A stretch of 64,000 nt of DNA from an uncultured Candidatus Saccharibacteria bacterium (GTDB taxonomy: Bacteria; Patescibacteriota; Minisyncoccia; UBA6257; 2-01-FULL-56-20): positions 35,074-99,073 of the forward strand of contig CAYWDX010000001.1 of assembly GCA_964456235.1 (NCBI GenBank), given 5' to 3'. A program made the position numbers and the translations under genes. Shown one piece after another: positions 40,416 through 49,922 of this stretch; position 1 is the stretch's first letter; the number at the start of each line of letters is the position of its first letter. The notes below the pieces were generated by a model. The model saw only the letters and a list, made by a program, of their open reading frames with translations, made no database searches and was not told where the DNA came from.

Positions 40416-41891
40416 TTATTTCTCTTTCTTCGCTCGCATGAGCGGGAAAAATACCGTTTCACGTACCGGCCGATTCATGAGAACGGCAAACAGACGTTCA
40501 GACACGCCGAAGCCTCCGGCCGGTGGCATTCCGTAGGAAAGTGCATCGAGAAAATCTTCGTCGAGCATCTGCGCTTCGCGATCGCCTGCCGCCCGAAGCT
40601 TCATCTGTTCTTCGAAGCGGGCGCGCTGGTCAAGCGGGTCATTTAATTCTGAAAATCCTTTGCCGAGTTCGGTGCCGCCGGCCATGATTTGGAAACGCTC
40701 CACGACGGCGGGATTATCGGCGCGGCGCTTCGCAAGAGGTTCAACTTCCACGGGCGGATCAACTAGAAAACATGGTTGCACGAGGCTCGGCCGCACAGTC
40801 TTTTTGAAAATAAGGTCGATCAAGCGGCCCTTGCCAGCATTTTTCTCCGGAGCTAGCTTGAGCACTTTTGTTTTTTTCTCAAGTTCAGCGCGCGATGCTG
40901 TCGTCGGATCAATACCGTTCGCTTTCTCGAACGCTTTTACGTAATCAACCTTTTCCCACTCGCGCGACCAATCAATTTTTTCGCCGTTATATTCCGTGGC
41001 GAAGCCGCCCGTAATATTTTTAATAGTGGCCTTGTACATTTTTTCTGCGAGCGCCATCACGTCGTTATAGTCAGCGTATGCCCAATAGAATTCAAGCTGT
41101 GTGTAATCTTGCAAATGCTCGCGATCAATACCTTCATTCCTGAAAATTCGGCCGATCTCAAAAACTTTATCAAATCCGCCGACGAGGAGGCGTTTTAACG
41201 GAAGTTCAAGCGAAATCCGCAAATAAAAATCTGCGTCGAGCGCGTGATGATGCGTCTTAAACGGCTCCGCTTCCGCACCGCCTGGCACCATTTCCAAAAC
41301 CGGCGTTTCGACTTCGAGAAATCCTTCTTTCTTCAGAAGGTCGCGCATCGTCTGCCAGAATATTGTTTTCTTTTCAAAAAGCTCCCGGAGTTCTGGCGTT
41401 GTGATCAATTCGAGATAGCGCTTGCGCAAGCGCAGATCGGGATCTTCGATTCCTTCCCATTTATCAGGGAGCGGCAGCAAACTTTTTGCCGCCATCTGCA
41501 ATTCGTGCACCTCCAAACTTTTTTCACCACGCTTTGTTTCGAAGAGCGTGCCGGTTGCGCTCACGAAATCACCGATATCGAGCACGGAGCGCCAAAAATT
41601 AAGGTCGCGGCCCTTGGTTGTTGCGTGCGGCAATGAGTCGTCTTTCAGAACGATCTGGATCTTTCCCGTTCCGTCTTCAAGGTCGGCAAACACAATCTTC
41701 CCCTGGTCGCGCATGCTGCGAAGGCGGCCGGCAAACGAAATTTTTTTAGAAGATTTTACCAATTTGGAAAACTCCGCCAGTGCATTAGCGATATGGTGCG
41801 TCCGAACCACGCGCGCGGGATATGGATCAAGCCCGGCCTTCTTCAAAAGGTTGAGTTTCCTCTCGCGCTCCTTGATGAGCTCGTCGAGCAT
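40416..41891 (-). CDS. lysS: Lysine--tRNA ligase (class II)
   Basis: OB-fold, EVETPVL, GGAEAEPF, FRNEG, ELNDP and YGMPPAGG motifs. Confidence 0.98.
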   Translation of the reverse strand: MLDELIKERERKLNLLKKAGLDPYPARVVRTHHIANALAEFSKLVKSSKKISFAGRLRSMRDQGKIVFADLEDGTGKIQIVLKDDSLPHATTKGRDLNFWRSVLDIGDFVSATGTLFETKRGEKSLEVHELQMAAKSLLPLPDKWEGIEDPDLRLRKRYLELITTPELRELFEKKTIFWQTMRDLLKKEGFLEVETPVLEMVPGGAEAEPFKTHHHALDADFYLRISLELPLKRLLVGGFDKVFEIGRIFRNEGIDREHLQDYTQLEFYWAYADYNDVMALAEKMYKATIKNITGGFATEYNGEKIDWSREWEKVDYVKAFEKANGIDPTTASRAELEKKTKVLKLAPEKNAGKGRLIDLIFKKTVRPSLVQPCFLVDPPVEVEPLAKRRADNPAVVERFQIMAGGTELGKGFSELNDPLDQRARFEEQMKLRAAGDREAQMLDEDFLDALSYGMPPAGGFGVSERLFAVLMNRPVRETVFFPLMRAKKEK

Positions 41892-41928
41892 TGGTCTAAA
41901 TATACCACGCTCACGGCGTCGCATGATA

Positions 41929-41995
41929 TTGACACTATTATTTTATATGTTAGAATATGTACAGCAAGATTCTCAATCCATACTCACAAGGAGGT
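41929..41995 (+). promoter_or_regulatory. Promoter and SD of the 42002 cassette
   Basis: TTGACA-N16-TAGAAT with TGn, and AAGGAGGT 6 nt before the ATG. Confidence 0.75.
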
Positions 41996-42001
41996 TCCCC
42001 T

Positions 42002-42457
42002 ATGGGGCCCGCCGGAACTGTTCGAGCATTCCTCGATAACCTCGCAAAAATTGGCGGCTCGCCGAGATTGCTGTATCAGGTCTCTGCGAAAATTTATTTC
42101 CGCGTCGACGTGGATCAGGCAGAAGAAGACGCCTGTGAGTCGGTGCTCAGAGCGTTGATCCGACGCGTTGACGACGCTCATCCCTGGCGGTGCAAGGACG
42201 CTCACGGAAACCTGGCTCCCAGCCGGGCCTTCATCGGGCAGGCGGCGTGGACGCGCGGGAATTGGAGGGTTGGCGGATCCGTATGCTGCCTCACGCTGGT
42301 TCCCTCGGCCCCTTTGACCCAAGACCAGTTCCATGCGTACCAGAAGTACCTGACGGCACTCCGGGATATGCTGAAGACATTCCCGATCCATCCATCGCCT
42401 CTCCAGGTCCGCGTCGAGATGGTTGCGACGTGGCCCGACACCGAGCTGTGGGAGTAG
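42002..42457 (+). CDS. Orphan 151-aa protein (SD-led cassette)
   Basis: ORF framed by a promoter, an SD and a terminator. No recognised domain. Confidence 0.7.
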   Translation: MGPAGTVRAFLDNLAKIGGSPRLLYQVSAKIYFRVDVDQAEEDACESVLRALIRRVDDAHPWRCKDAHGNLAPSRAFIGQAAWTRGNWRVGGSVCCLTLVPSAPLTQDQFHAYQKYLTALRDMLKTFPIHPSPLQVRVEMVATWPDTELWE

Positions 42458-42499
42458 AACAATCGCGGGCCGTTGAAGATCATGGGTCGCTTAACTAAG

Positions 42500-42535
42500 A
42501 CGCCCGAGCACTTGCTCGGGCGTTATCTTTTTCTT
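42500..42535 (+). terminator. Intrinsic terminator
   Basis: ACGCCCGAGC-ACTT-GCTCGGGCGT followed by TATCTTTTT. Confidence 0.8.
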
Positions 42536-42550
42536 AAAAATTTGTTAAAC

Positions 42551-43009
42551 CTATTCGATCTTCAAAATCTCATAGACGGCAGGTCCGGCCGGCGTCGTCA
42601 CCTCCACTTTTTCACCTACCTTCTTTTTCATAAATGCGGCGCCGAGCGGAGATTCATCCGAGATGCGGCCCTCTTCCGGCTTCGCCTCGTAAGAACCGAC
42701 CACGGTGTAAGTCATCGTCCGTTCGCCTTTTTTCAGAGTCACCGTCGAACCGACCGCGACCATGTCATGGTCCCCCGTTTTTGTAATGGTCACTGCTTCC
42801 TTCAAGAGGTCTTCAAGCTCGGCGATGCGCGTCTCAACATTTGCCTGTTCCTCGCGCGCCTCCGCATATTCAGAATTTTCCGAGAGGTCGCCGTACTCTT
42901 TTGCCTGCTTCAAGCGCTCCGCCACTTCGATGCGGCGGGTGTTCTTGAGCGTTTCGAGTTCTGCCTTCAGCTCGTTCAACCGATCTTCCGACAAATATTG
43001 CTTCGGCAT
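42551..43009 (-). CDS. greA: Transcription elongation factor GreA
   Basis: GDLSENSEY and ISDESPLG motifs. Confidence 0.97.
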   Translation of the reverse strand: MPKQYLSEDRLNELKAELETLKNTRRIEVAERLKQAKEYGDLSENSEYAEAREEQANVETRIAELEDLLKEAVTITKTGDHDMVAVGSTVTLKKGERTMTYTVVGSYEAKPEEGRISDESPLGAAFMKKKVGEKVEVTTPAGPAVYEILKIE

Positions 43010-43031
43010 GGGTGCGTTATAAGTCAGAAGA

Positions 43032-43796
43032 TTATGGGGCAGGATGTGGCGCCCCGTCAAGTACGCCGAGGAGCGGGTACTCGCCACGCCGCAGGCGCCA
43101 ATAAATGGTCATGACGTCTTTCAAAAAATAGAACCCGGCCGACATTTTGACATGTGATCCCGCTTCATTCACCCAGTGCACGGGGACTTCTGCGATGCGG
43201 TAATGCATCCGCCGCGCGAGGGCGAGCACTTCGACGTCGAAGCCCCAGCCGGTCACGCGGGACTGCTGGAAAATATTTTTTGCTGCTTCCTCGGTGAATG
43301 CTTTGAAGCCGCATTGCGTGTCTTTGATGCCGTGAAGAAGCAGTATCTGCACCATCAGGTTCAGCCCTCGCGCGGCGAGTTGGCGGAAGATCGATTCTGG
43401 CGGATCAAGCTGCGCCCCCGGCGCGCGGCGCGAGCCGATGACCACCTGGCATCCCTCCTTAAAGAACGGGATCATCTTGTCGAACTGGTCAATGCTCGTT
43501 GCGTTATCCGCGTCGCTCAAAAGCCTCACGGCGCCGCCAGCGATCAGCATCCCCTGCCGGACCGTCCCTCCCTTGCCTTTATTTTCAGCGTTATCAATCA
43601 GCTTCAGATTTCGGATGGCCGATTTCATTCGGTCGACGACTTCTGCGGTATTGTCTTTTGAACCGTCGTTCACAACCACGATCTCGTACGTGTAGGGCGC
43701 GTGCGCGAGGCGGCGGTCGATATCGATGAGCGTCGCGGGGATCCGCTCTGCTTCGTTATAGGCGGGGATGACGATGGAAAGGTAGGGCTTGGCCAT
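43032..43796 (-). CDS. GT2 polyprenol-phosphate glycosyltransferase (Alg5/DPM1-like)
   Basis: IPAYNE, NDGSKD, GKGG, DAD, DTQCGFK and FDVE motifs. Confidence 0.92.
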   Translation of the reverse strand: MAKPYLSIVIPAYNEAERIPATLIDIDRRLAHAPYTYEIVVVNDGSKDNTAEVVDRMKSAIRNLKLIDNAENKGKGGTVRQGMLIAGGAVRLLSDADNATSIDQFDKMIPFFKEGCQVVIGSRRAPGAQLDPPESIFRQLAARGLNLMVQILLLHGIKDTQCGFKAFTEEAAKNIFQQSRVTGWGFDVEVLALARRMHYRIAEVPVHWVNEAGSHVKMSAGFYFLKDVMTIYWRLRRGEYPLLGVLDGAPHPAP

Positions 43797-43853
43797 GGCG
43801 AGCTCTTCTCTTTTCTTTTCGGTTTCTTTAATTATAAGTTAATGAAGGATTCA

Positions 43854-44615
43854 TTAAATTTCCGTGAGCACGCGCGGGCCGCGTTTCGTGATCGCAACCG
43901 TGTGTTCGAAATGCGCTGCATAAGAGCCGTCGGCCGTCGCGTAACTTTCATCTTCGATTTGCACCAGTTCGCCGCGGCCCACCACAAACATGGGCTCGAT
44001 CGCGATCACCATGCCTTCCTGTAACGGCTCGCCCTCTCCGGGTCGCCCGAAATTGAAAACGGTCGGATCTTCGTGCAGCATCTTCCCAATTCCGTGCCCC
44101 GTGAGGCCTTCCGCGACCGTAAGCCCGTTTTTTTTCGCCACTTTAGCAATCGCCGCTCCCACATCTCCCAACGTGTTGCCGATCTTTGCGGCGGCAATGC
44201 CGGCGACGAGCGCTTCATGCGTTCCCGCGATGAGTTTTTGCACTTTGCGGTCCTGCTTACCAGCCGCAACCGTCACCGCCGTGTCGCTATAGAAACCTTG
44301 GTAGCGAAGCCCGAGGTCCAGCTTCAGAATTTCTCCGTCCTGCACGACGCGGCCGGAGGGCTGGCCATGCACCACCACTTCGTTGAATGAGGTGCAGAGC
44401 GTGTACGGATACGCGCGCCGGGCGCCGGCGGGGCGGTAATTCAAAAACGCGGGCTTCGCTCCCGCTTTGTGGATGAGTTGGTAGGCAAGGCGATCGAGTT
44501 GCTTGGTGGTTACCCCGGCGCGGACTTCGGATGCGAGCTCGTCCAGAATTTGCGCCAGGCGCCGACCGCCCTCCGCCATGATTTCTATTTCATCGGGCGT
44601 TTTTAATGTGAGCAT
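43854..44615 (-). CDS. map: Methionine aminopeptidase type I
   Basis: VVHG, DLG...SDTA, GHGIG, HEDP, AIEPM and AHFEHT motifs. Confidence 0.97.
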   Translation of the reverse strand: MLTLKTPDEIEIMAEGGRRLAQILDELASEVRAGVTTKQLDRLAYQLIHKAGAKPAFLNYRPAGARRAYPYTLCTSFNEVVVHGQPSGRVVQDGEILKLDLGLRYQGFYSDTAVTVAAGKQDRKVQKLIAGTHEALVAGIAAAKIGNTLGDVGAAIAKVAKKNGLTVAEGLTGHGIGKMLHEDPTVFNFGRPGEGEPLQEGMVIAIEPMFVVGRGELVQIEDESYATADGSYAAHFEHTVAITKRGPRVLTEI

Positions 44616-45270
44616 AGATACGCTCCGTAACTTTATATGGCGCCGGGCGCGCGTCAATCTTTTTCACCCGATAGCCGCACTTCTTCAGAAATTCTAAAAT
44701 CGGCAGCGTTCGTTCGGCATATTCCTTGAGCCGAACTTTAATGACCGCAGCATTATCGATGGTCCGCTGGTAGAGCGGCGCGCCGCAGACTGGGCATCGT
44801 TTCACATGTTTCGCGCGATAAAACGACGTAAGCAATAAATATCCGCAGTGCTTACAAACCATCCGGGCGCTGTTTCGCTTAATCGAATATCGCGGGGGCA
44901 GGTCGAGGAAGAAAACGAAAATATTCTTCCTACCATAGAGGTGCTCCAGAATTGGATATTCCCTCTTCGCCTCGTAGAGCGTGCGGGGCGAGCCGCTCAT
45001 GACAAGCCCCCAATCGGCCTTCGCAGTCTTTTTTATCTCATGAATGATGGTTCTCGTCACAAAACTCGGCGTCAATAACTTGCCAGCGTCGAAGAGGCGC
45101 CGCTCCAGCCTGATCGCGGCACTTTTATTGCGGGCGGGATCATGCACGATCGACTCCAGGAGCTGACCTGTGTCGATATTGATCAAGTTGAATTTAGCGG
45201 CCAGCAACGTCGCCTGCGTCCCTTTTCCGGCACCAGGCGGGCCATAGAGCACGATTATCACTTTCTGCAT
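44590..45270 (-). CDS. adk: Adenylate kinase
   Basis: GPPGAGKGTQA and a Zn-lid CxxC...CxxC, in secY-adk-map order. Confidence 0.92.
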   Translation of the reverse strand: MQKVIIVLYGPPGAGKGTQATLLAAKFNLINIDTGQLLESIVHDPARNKSAAIRLERRLFDAGKLLTPSFVTRTIIHEIKKTAKADWGLVMSGSPRTLYEAKREYPILEHLYGRKNIFVFFLDLPPRYSIKRNSARMVCKHCGYLLLTSFYRAKHVKRCPVCGAPLYQRTIDNAAVIKVRLKEYAERTLPILEFLKKCGYRVKKIDARPAPYKVTERIYAHIKNAR

Positions 45271-45298
45271 GCAGCTATTTTACCATGCCCAGGCACCG

Positions 45299-45370
45299 TG
45301 GGCCCGTCGGGACTTGCACCCGCTTCTCCACTTTTCAAAGATGGCGTTTTACTCCATAAACTATAGGCCC
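45299..45370 (-). pseudogene. Non-canonical tRNA-like element (best-fit anticodon UGA, no long variable arm)
   Basis: GGGCCTA TA GTTT ATGGAGTA AAAC G CCATC TTTGAAA AGTGG AGAA GCGGG TGCAAGT CCCGA CGGGCCC A. A 72-nt cloverleaf with one mismatch each in the acceptor, anticodon and T stems, and a TGC T-loop. Confidence 0.65.
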
Positions 45371-45443
45371 ATATACAGGCCCAAGAGCCCACGGTGAAAT
45401 GAAAGTAGCATATCGAAGATAAAATTTCGCTCAAATATTTATT

Positions 45444-45562
45444 AAAAAATATAAATGGCCGCTCGCGCGGCCACCTATACGAAAAGTGGAGAGACCAGCC
45501 TACGATTTATAGACTAGCACCATCTTCCCTCCAGGATAGACCAATCCCGAACCAAAAGTCAA
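45444..45562 (-). ncRNA. Candidate ~83-nt sRNA whose hairpin may also end the spc/secY transcript
   Basis: TTGACT-N18-TATCCT, then TGGCCGC-GCGA-GCGGCCA followed by TTTATATTTTTT. Confidence 0.4.
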
Positions 45563-45584
45563 TGCGCGCTTAATGAAATTTTAA

Positions 45585-46856
45585 TTATTCGATCCCCTCG
45601 TATTCACGCACGGTGAGCTGCGAGTCAACCTGGCGCATCGTTTCGAGCGCGACCGCTACGACAATCAACACGGCGGTGCCGCTGATCGTGAGGACGGTAA
45701 CGCCCGTAATCGCCTGGACGATGATCGGAAGAATGGCGACGATGCCGAGAAAAGCGGCTCCCCAAAAGGTGATACGGTTCACGAGCGAACCGAAAAACTT
45801 TTCGGTACTCTCGCCTGGGCGGATGCCCGGAACGAATCCCCCGCTCCGCTGCAAATTCTTGGCCACTTCTTCAGGATTGAACGTGATCGAGGTGTAGAAA
45901 TACGTAAAGATAAACACGAGCAAGAAATAAAACGCGCCGTACCAGAGTTGGTTCGCAACGAACGCGGCCGCAAAGTTGCTGATCTTCAAGCCCCACGCGG
46001 TCGAGAAAATAGAAACGATGAAGGCAGCGAACTGCGGGAAAAGCAAAACCGAAATTGCAAAAATGAGCGGGATCATGCCTGCCTGGTTTACTTTGAGCGG
46101 CAAGTAACTCTGCGCGCCGCCGTACATTTTGTTGCCCCGCACCCGCCGCGCATAGGCAACTGGAATTTTTCGTTCCCCTTCATTTAAATACACCACGCCG
46201 CCGATGAGGAGGATCGCCGCGACCGCGAAGCCGAGATAGGTCGTGAGGAGCGTCGGCGTGTACGAAACGAGCGCCGTGCCGAAGAACGCGGGGAGGCGCG
46301 CCAAGATACCGGCCAAGATGATGAGCGAAATGCCGTTCCCCACTTTTTGCTCGGTGATCAATTCTCCGAGCCAGAGCGCGACCATAGAGCCGCAACTGAT
46401 CACTATCACGTTCGTGAAGAATGCGAAGGGCGCGGGGCGGTCAATCACGCCCTGCGAGATGAGGAGGGTTAAAAAACCATATGCATTCACGATGGCGAGC
46501 GGAACCGTGATGAGGCGCGAGTACTGGTTGAACTTTGCCTGGCCGCGGGCGCCTTCTTCGTAATACATTTCCTTGAATCCCGGGAAAATAATAGTGAGGA
46601 GCTGCATGATGATCGTCGCCGTGATGTACGGACCGACGCCCAACATCATCACAGAAAGATTCGCTAAGCCGCCGCCCGAGAAAAAGTTCAGAAACCCGAA
46701 GAGTTGGTTCGAATTGAAATAGTTGGCAAGGCGCGCGGCATCAACGCCGGGGACCGGGATCGCGGCGAACACGCGGTACGCAACCAAAAGCCCCGCCACG
46801 ATGAGGATCTTGTTGCGGAGATCTTTGATGCGGAAGATTTGGAAGAAGCGGTCCAT
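45585..46856 (-). CDS. secY: Preprotein translocase SecY
   Basis: LGVGPYITATII, GNGISL, PLKVNQAGMIPLIFA and PGIRPG motifs. Confidence 0.99.
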   Translation of the reverse strand: MDRFFQIFRIKDLRNKILIVAGLLVAYRVFAAIPVPGVDAARLANYFNSNQLFGFLNFFSGGGLANLSVMMLGVGPYITATIIMQLLTIIFPGFKEMYYEEGARGQAKFNQYSRLITVPLAIVNAYGFLTLLISQGVIDRPAPFAFFTNVIVISCGSMVALWLGELITEQKVGNGISLIILAGILARLPAFFGTALVSYTPTLLTTYLGFAVAAILLIGGVVYLNEGERKIPVAYARRVRGNKMYGGAQSYLPLKVNQAGMIPLIFAISVLLFPQFAAFIVSIFSTAWGLKISNFAAAFVANQLWYGAFYFLLVFIFTYFYTSITFNPEEVAKNLQRSGGFVPGIRPGESTEKFFGSLVNRITFWGAAFLGIVAILPIIVQAITGVTVLTISGTAVLIVVAVALETMRQVDSQLTVREYEGIE

Positions 46857-46874
46857 AACGTTCCAGGCGGCTCG

Positions 46875-47324
46875 CTAGGCAGATTTTTCTGCGACGATTG
46901 ATCCGCCCGCTTTCTCAATCTTCATTTTAGCGCTTTCTGAAACTAATATATTGTGCACGCGCACCGGAAACGCGATCTCCCCTTCGCCGAGGAGTTTCAC
47001 CCGGCCGTGGAAATTTTTACGGACGAGCCCGGCGGCCTTGAGCAATTCCAGATTGAGGTCGAGCGGAGATTTCCCTTCGGCGAACGATTTCAACTTGGCG
47101 AGCGCCGCGATATTGAACACCATCGGCTGCTCGGCCTTCGGCATGTTGCGAAAACCGCGCCGCTTGGGGATGCGCAAAATAAGGTCGCGCTCCGCCGGAC
47201 GGAGGCGGCGTCCCGAGCGGGACTTCTGCCCTTTGACGCCGCGGCCGGAATAACTGCCGCGCTTGCCGCTGCGGCCGATGCGCTGCGAGCGTTTTTTGAT
47301 TGAAGGAAGTTCGTGGATGTGCAT
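46875..47324 (-). CDS. rplO: 50S ribosomal protein L15
   Basis: GRGVKGQKSRSG and KIEKAGG motifs. Confidence 0.96.
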   Translation of the reverse strand: MHIHELPSIKKRSQRIGRSGKRGSYSGRGVKGQKSRSGRRLRPAERDLILRIPKRRGFRNMPKAEQPMVFNIAALAKLKSFAEGKSPLDLNLELLKAAGLVRKNFHGRVKLLGEGEIAFPVRVHNILVSESAKMKIEKAGGSIVAEKSA

Positions 47325-47334
47325 GGTTTTATAA

Positions 47335-47823
47335 TTACGCTTTCAACATTTTAAGCGCCTCCATCGTCGCCATCGCGTTCGTCAACTTATTCGGGGTACG
47401 GCCGAGAATTTTTGCCGTCGCATCTTTAATGCCGGCGAAGGCGAGTACAAAACGGACCGCTCCCCCGGCGCGGAGGCCATGGCCCTGGCTTGCCGGCTTC
47501 AAGAGCACTTTTGCCGCGCTATATTTTGCGATCACCTGGTGCGCAATCGTGCGCCCGTCTTTGAGCGGTACCACCATGATATTTTTCTTCGCCGCGGCTT
47601 TCGCTTTCGCGATCGCCTGCTGCACGTCGAGCCCTTTCGCGACGCCGATGCCGACGCGACCCCGCTCGTCACCCAGCACGATCGTGCAACGGAACCGGAA
47701 CCGCTTACCACCGGCAACGACGCGGGTCACGCGGCGCATGTCGAGTACGCGCTCTTTAAATTCTTCCTTTTTGATCGGACGCATGGGGCGATCCGGCCGT
47801 GGTCCACGTTGAGGCATTGGCAT
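47335..47823 (-). CDS. rpsE: 30S ribosomal protein S5
   Basis: RRVTRVVAGGKRFRF and AGGAVR motifs. Confidence 0.97.
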   Translation of the reverse strand: MPMPQRGPRPDRPMRPIKKEEFKERVLDMRRVTRVVAGGKRFRFRCTIVLGDERGRVGIGVAKGLDVQQAIAKAKAAAKKNIMVVPLKDGRTIAHQVIAKYSAAKVLLKPASQGHGLRAGGAVRFVLAFAGIKDATAKILGRTPNKLTNAMATMEALKMLKA

Positions 47824-47837
47824 GGTTCGTTGAGTGG

Positions 47838-48200
47838 TTAAATTTTGAGTCCTCCTTTTTTAACGCCTTCGGCGAAACTTTTTACCCGACCATGGAAACG
47901 GGCCTCGCGGCGATCGAAGGTTGCCGACGCGATCCCCATCTCCTTCGCTTTTTTTGCCATGAGCTCGCCGGCCGCAAACGCCTGGTCGCTCTTTTTCTTG
48001 CCAGCGTCGCCCGTCGTTTTTCCAAAACTTGAAATTGCCGCGAGCGTGTGGCCTTTCACGTCATCAATCAGTTGGGCGTACAAATACTGGTTCGAGCGGT
48101 TCACCACGAGACGCGGCTTCTCGGCCGTCCCGCGCACGCCGATGCTCACGCGCGCCGCGCGCCGTTCACGCCGAATATTAAGTTTTTTTCGTGGCTTCAT
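47838..48200 (-). CDS. rplR: 50S ribosomal protein L18
   Basis: PRLVVNRSN...YAQLIDD and FDR...HGRV motifs. Confidence 0.97.
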   Translation of the reverse strand: MKPRKKLNIRRERRAARVSIGVRGTAEKPRLVVNRSNQYLYAQLIDDVKGHTLAAISSFGKTTGDAGKKKSDQAFAAGELMAKKAKEMGIASATFDRREARFHGRVKSFAEGVKKGGLKI

Positions 48201-48232
48201 AATTTTTTAATAACGATATTCGCGCTCGCTCG

Positions 48233-48745
48233 CTAGCTCGCCGTTGCCGCTGCTTTCTTGCCGACCTTCCGACGGATCACCTCTCCCTGGTAGCGGATCC
48301 CCTTGCCCTTATAGGGCTCGGGCTTCTTCATGGCGCGGATTTCAGCCGCAGTGCGGCCCACGAGATCGTTGTCGATGCCGGAGATCTTCATAATATTCTT
48401 CTCTATCGCAATCGTCACGCCCTGCGGAATTGGCATGCGGACCGGCTGCGCGTAGCCAAGATAGAGCGCGAGCTCTTTCCCCTCAACCACCGCGCGGTAA
48501 CCGACGCCCTCAATTTCAAGCGTACGGCTGAAACCTTCCGTCACGCCCTGGATCGCATTTTTTGCAAGGGCCCACAGCGTGCCGGTCGTGGCCGTGAGGG
48601 TGGACCCGTCAACGGTCGCCGACGCGCCTGCGGGCACTTTCACCTTCACTTGGCCTTTCGTACCGTGCGCCGTCAAAACGCCATCGTTCACCGTGACGGT
48701 GGCGCCGTTTGGAATCGTGAGAGGTTTTTTTATAAGGCGGCTCAT
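48233..48745 (-). CDS. rplF: 50S ribosomal protein L6
   Basis: GVGYRA and PEPYKGKGIRY motifs. Confidence 0.97.
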   Translation of the reverse strand: MSRLIKKPLTIPNGATVTVNDGVLTAHGTKGQVKVKVPAGASATVDGSTLTATTGTLWALAKNAIQGVTEGFSRTLEIEGVGYRAVVEGKELALYLGYAQPVRMPIPQGVTIAIEKNIMKISGIDNDLVGRTAAEIRAMKKPEPYKGKGIRYQGEVIRRKVGKKAAATAS

Positions 48746-48790
48746 GGTTCGTGTTGGTCAATAAATGCTTAATAAAAATTTAATGTGGAC

Positions 48791-49171
48791 CTACCAGACT
48801 TGGAATAAATATTCCCCGCCGATTTTATTTTTTCGTGCGGTGCGGTCGGTCATGATCCCTTTGGAAGTCGAGAGGACGCCGATGCCGTGGCCCTGCATGA
48901 CCGGGCGCAAGTTGCGATAGTCAATATAGGAGTGGCGGCTCGGCTTGCTCACTAATTTGAAATCAGAAAACGATGTTTTCTTGGTTTTTGAACCGAGGCG
49001 GACTACGATAATATTTTTCTTTCCCGCCGCTTCTTTTTCGGCGCTTGCCAGATAGCCAGCTTCAACGAGCGCGTTCAGCACCGCGAAATCCATTTTCGAA
49101 AATGGGGTGACCACCCGATCCTTGCGGGCCATCACGGCATTCTTTAATTTTGGCAGTACGTCGTAATACAT
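48791..49171 (-). CDS. rpsH: 30S ribosomal protein S8
   Basis: VSKPS, STSKGIMT and GGE motifs. Confidence 0.95.
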   Translation of the reverse strand: MYYDVLPKLKNAVMARKDRVVTPFSKMDFAVLNALVEAGYLASAEKEAAGKKNIIVVRLGSKTKKTSFSDFKLVSKPSRHSYIDYRNLRPVMQGHGIGVLSTSKGIMTDRTARKNKIGGEYLFQVW

Positions 49172-49183
49172 ATTAATAGTGGG

Positions 49184-49369
49184 TTACCATGACGCTTTTT
49201 TTACGCCCGGAATTTCCTGGTTCGTCGCCATCTCGCGGAAGCAGATCCGGCACACACCGAAGTCGCGCATGTACGCGCGCTTGCGGCCGCAGCGAAAACA
49301 GCGCCGGACCAGGCGGGTGCTGAATTTCGGCTTCTTTTTACTGCGGGCGATGACGGATTCTTTTGCCAT
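49184..49369 (-). CDS. rpsN: 30S ribosomal protein S14 (Zn type)
   Basis: RCFRCGR...CRICFR and PGVKKASW motifs. Confidence 0.97.
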   Translation of the reverse strand: MAKESVIARSKKKPKFSTRLVRRCFRCGRKRAYMRDFGVCRICFREMATNQEIPGVKKASW

Positions 49370-49374
49370 GGTAA

Positions 49375-49920
49375 TTATTTTTTCGCGTGCTTACCGGCCA
49401 TTTCTTTGCGGAGCGGTACCCCCAATGCGCGGAGCGCGGCGACGGCTGCGGCGCGATTTTTCTTTTTGGGGACAAGGCTGATACCGATCGAGAAGGAAAT
49501 CGGTGAATGTTCGGGCGCCACTTCCGGAAACACAAACTGTTCGCGCAAACCGATGTTCAAGACGCCGCCCTGGTCAATGGTTTTCGGATCAAGTCCATTG
49601 AAGTCACGTACGCGAGGCAACACTATTTTAACGAGGCGTTCGAAAAAATCAACCATGCGCCCACGGCGGAGCGTGATGCGGAGGCCGACGATCTGCTGCT
49701 CGCGAATCTTAAAACCCGCGATCGATTTGCGCGCGCGGCGGATTTGCGATTTCTGGCCGCTCATCGCGGCGAGGTCGGCCATCACCTGGACGAGCGCTTT
49801 TTCCTCAAAGTTCGGCGTCTGGCTCAAGCGGCCGACGCCAGCATCAATCACGATCTTCTCGAGGAAGTTGCGGATGTCGAGGCGATGCCCCGATTCTTTT
49901 TTTATGGTCGTCGCAGGCAT
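49375..49920 (-). CDS. rplE: 50S ribosomal protein L5
   Basis: [17 protein letters not shown] and VFPE motifs. Confidence 0.96.
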   Translation of the reverse strand: MPATTIKKESGHRLDIRNFLEKIVIDAGVGRLSQTPNFEEKALVQVMADLAAMSGQKSQIRRARKSIAGFKIREQQIVGLRITLRRGRMVDFFERLVKIVLPRVRDFNGLDPKTIDQGGVLNIGLREQFVFPEVAPEHSPISFSIGISLVPKKKNRAAAVAALRALGVPLRKEMAGKHAKK

Positions 49921-49922
49921 GG

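Noticed and set aside
45299-45370. Calling the element a functional tRNA-Ser, -Gln or -Phe
   Set aside because: It has mismatches in three stems, an atypical T-loop and no Ser variable arm, and the Gln and Phe registers do not pair.
45500-45532. SD-led micro-ORF MVLVYKS
   Set aside because: GGAGGG lies between the predicted -10 box and the start site, so it would mostly not be transcribed, and 7 codons is within chance.
47324-47335. Missing rpmD (L30) as a novelty
   Set aside because: This is a known general CPR feature, used here only as taxonomic evidence.
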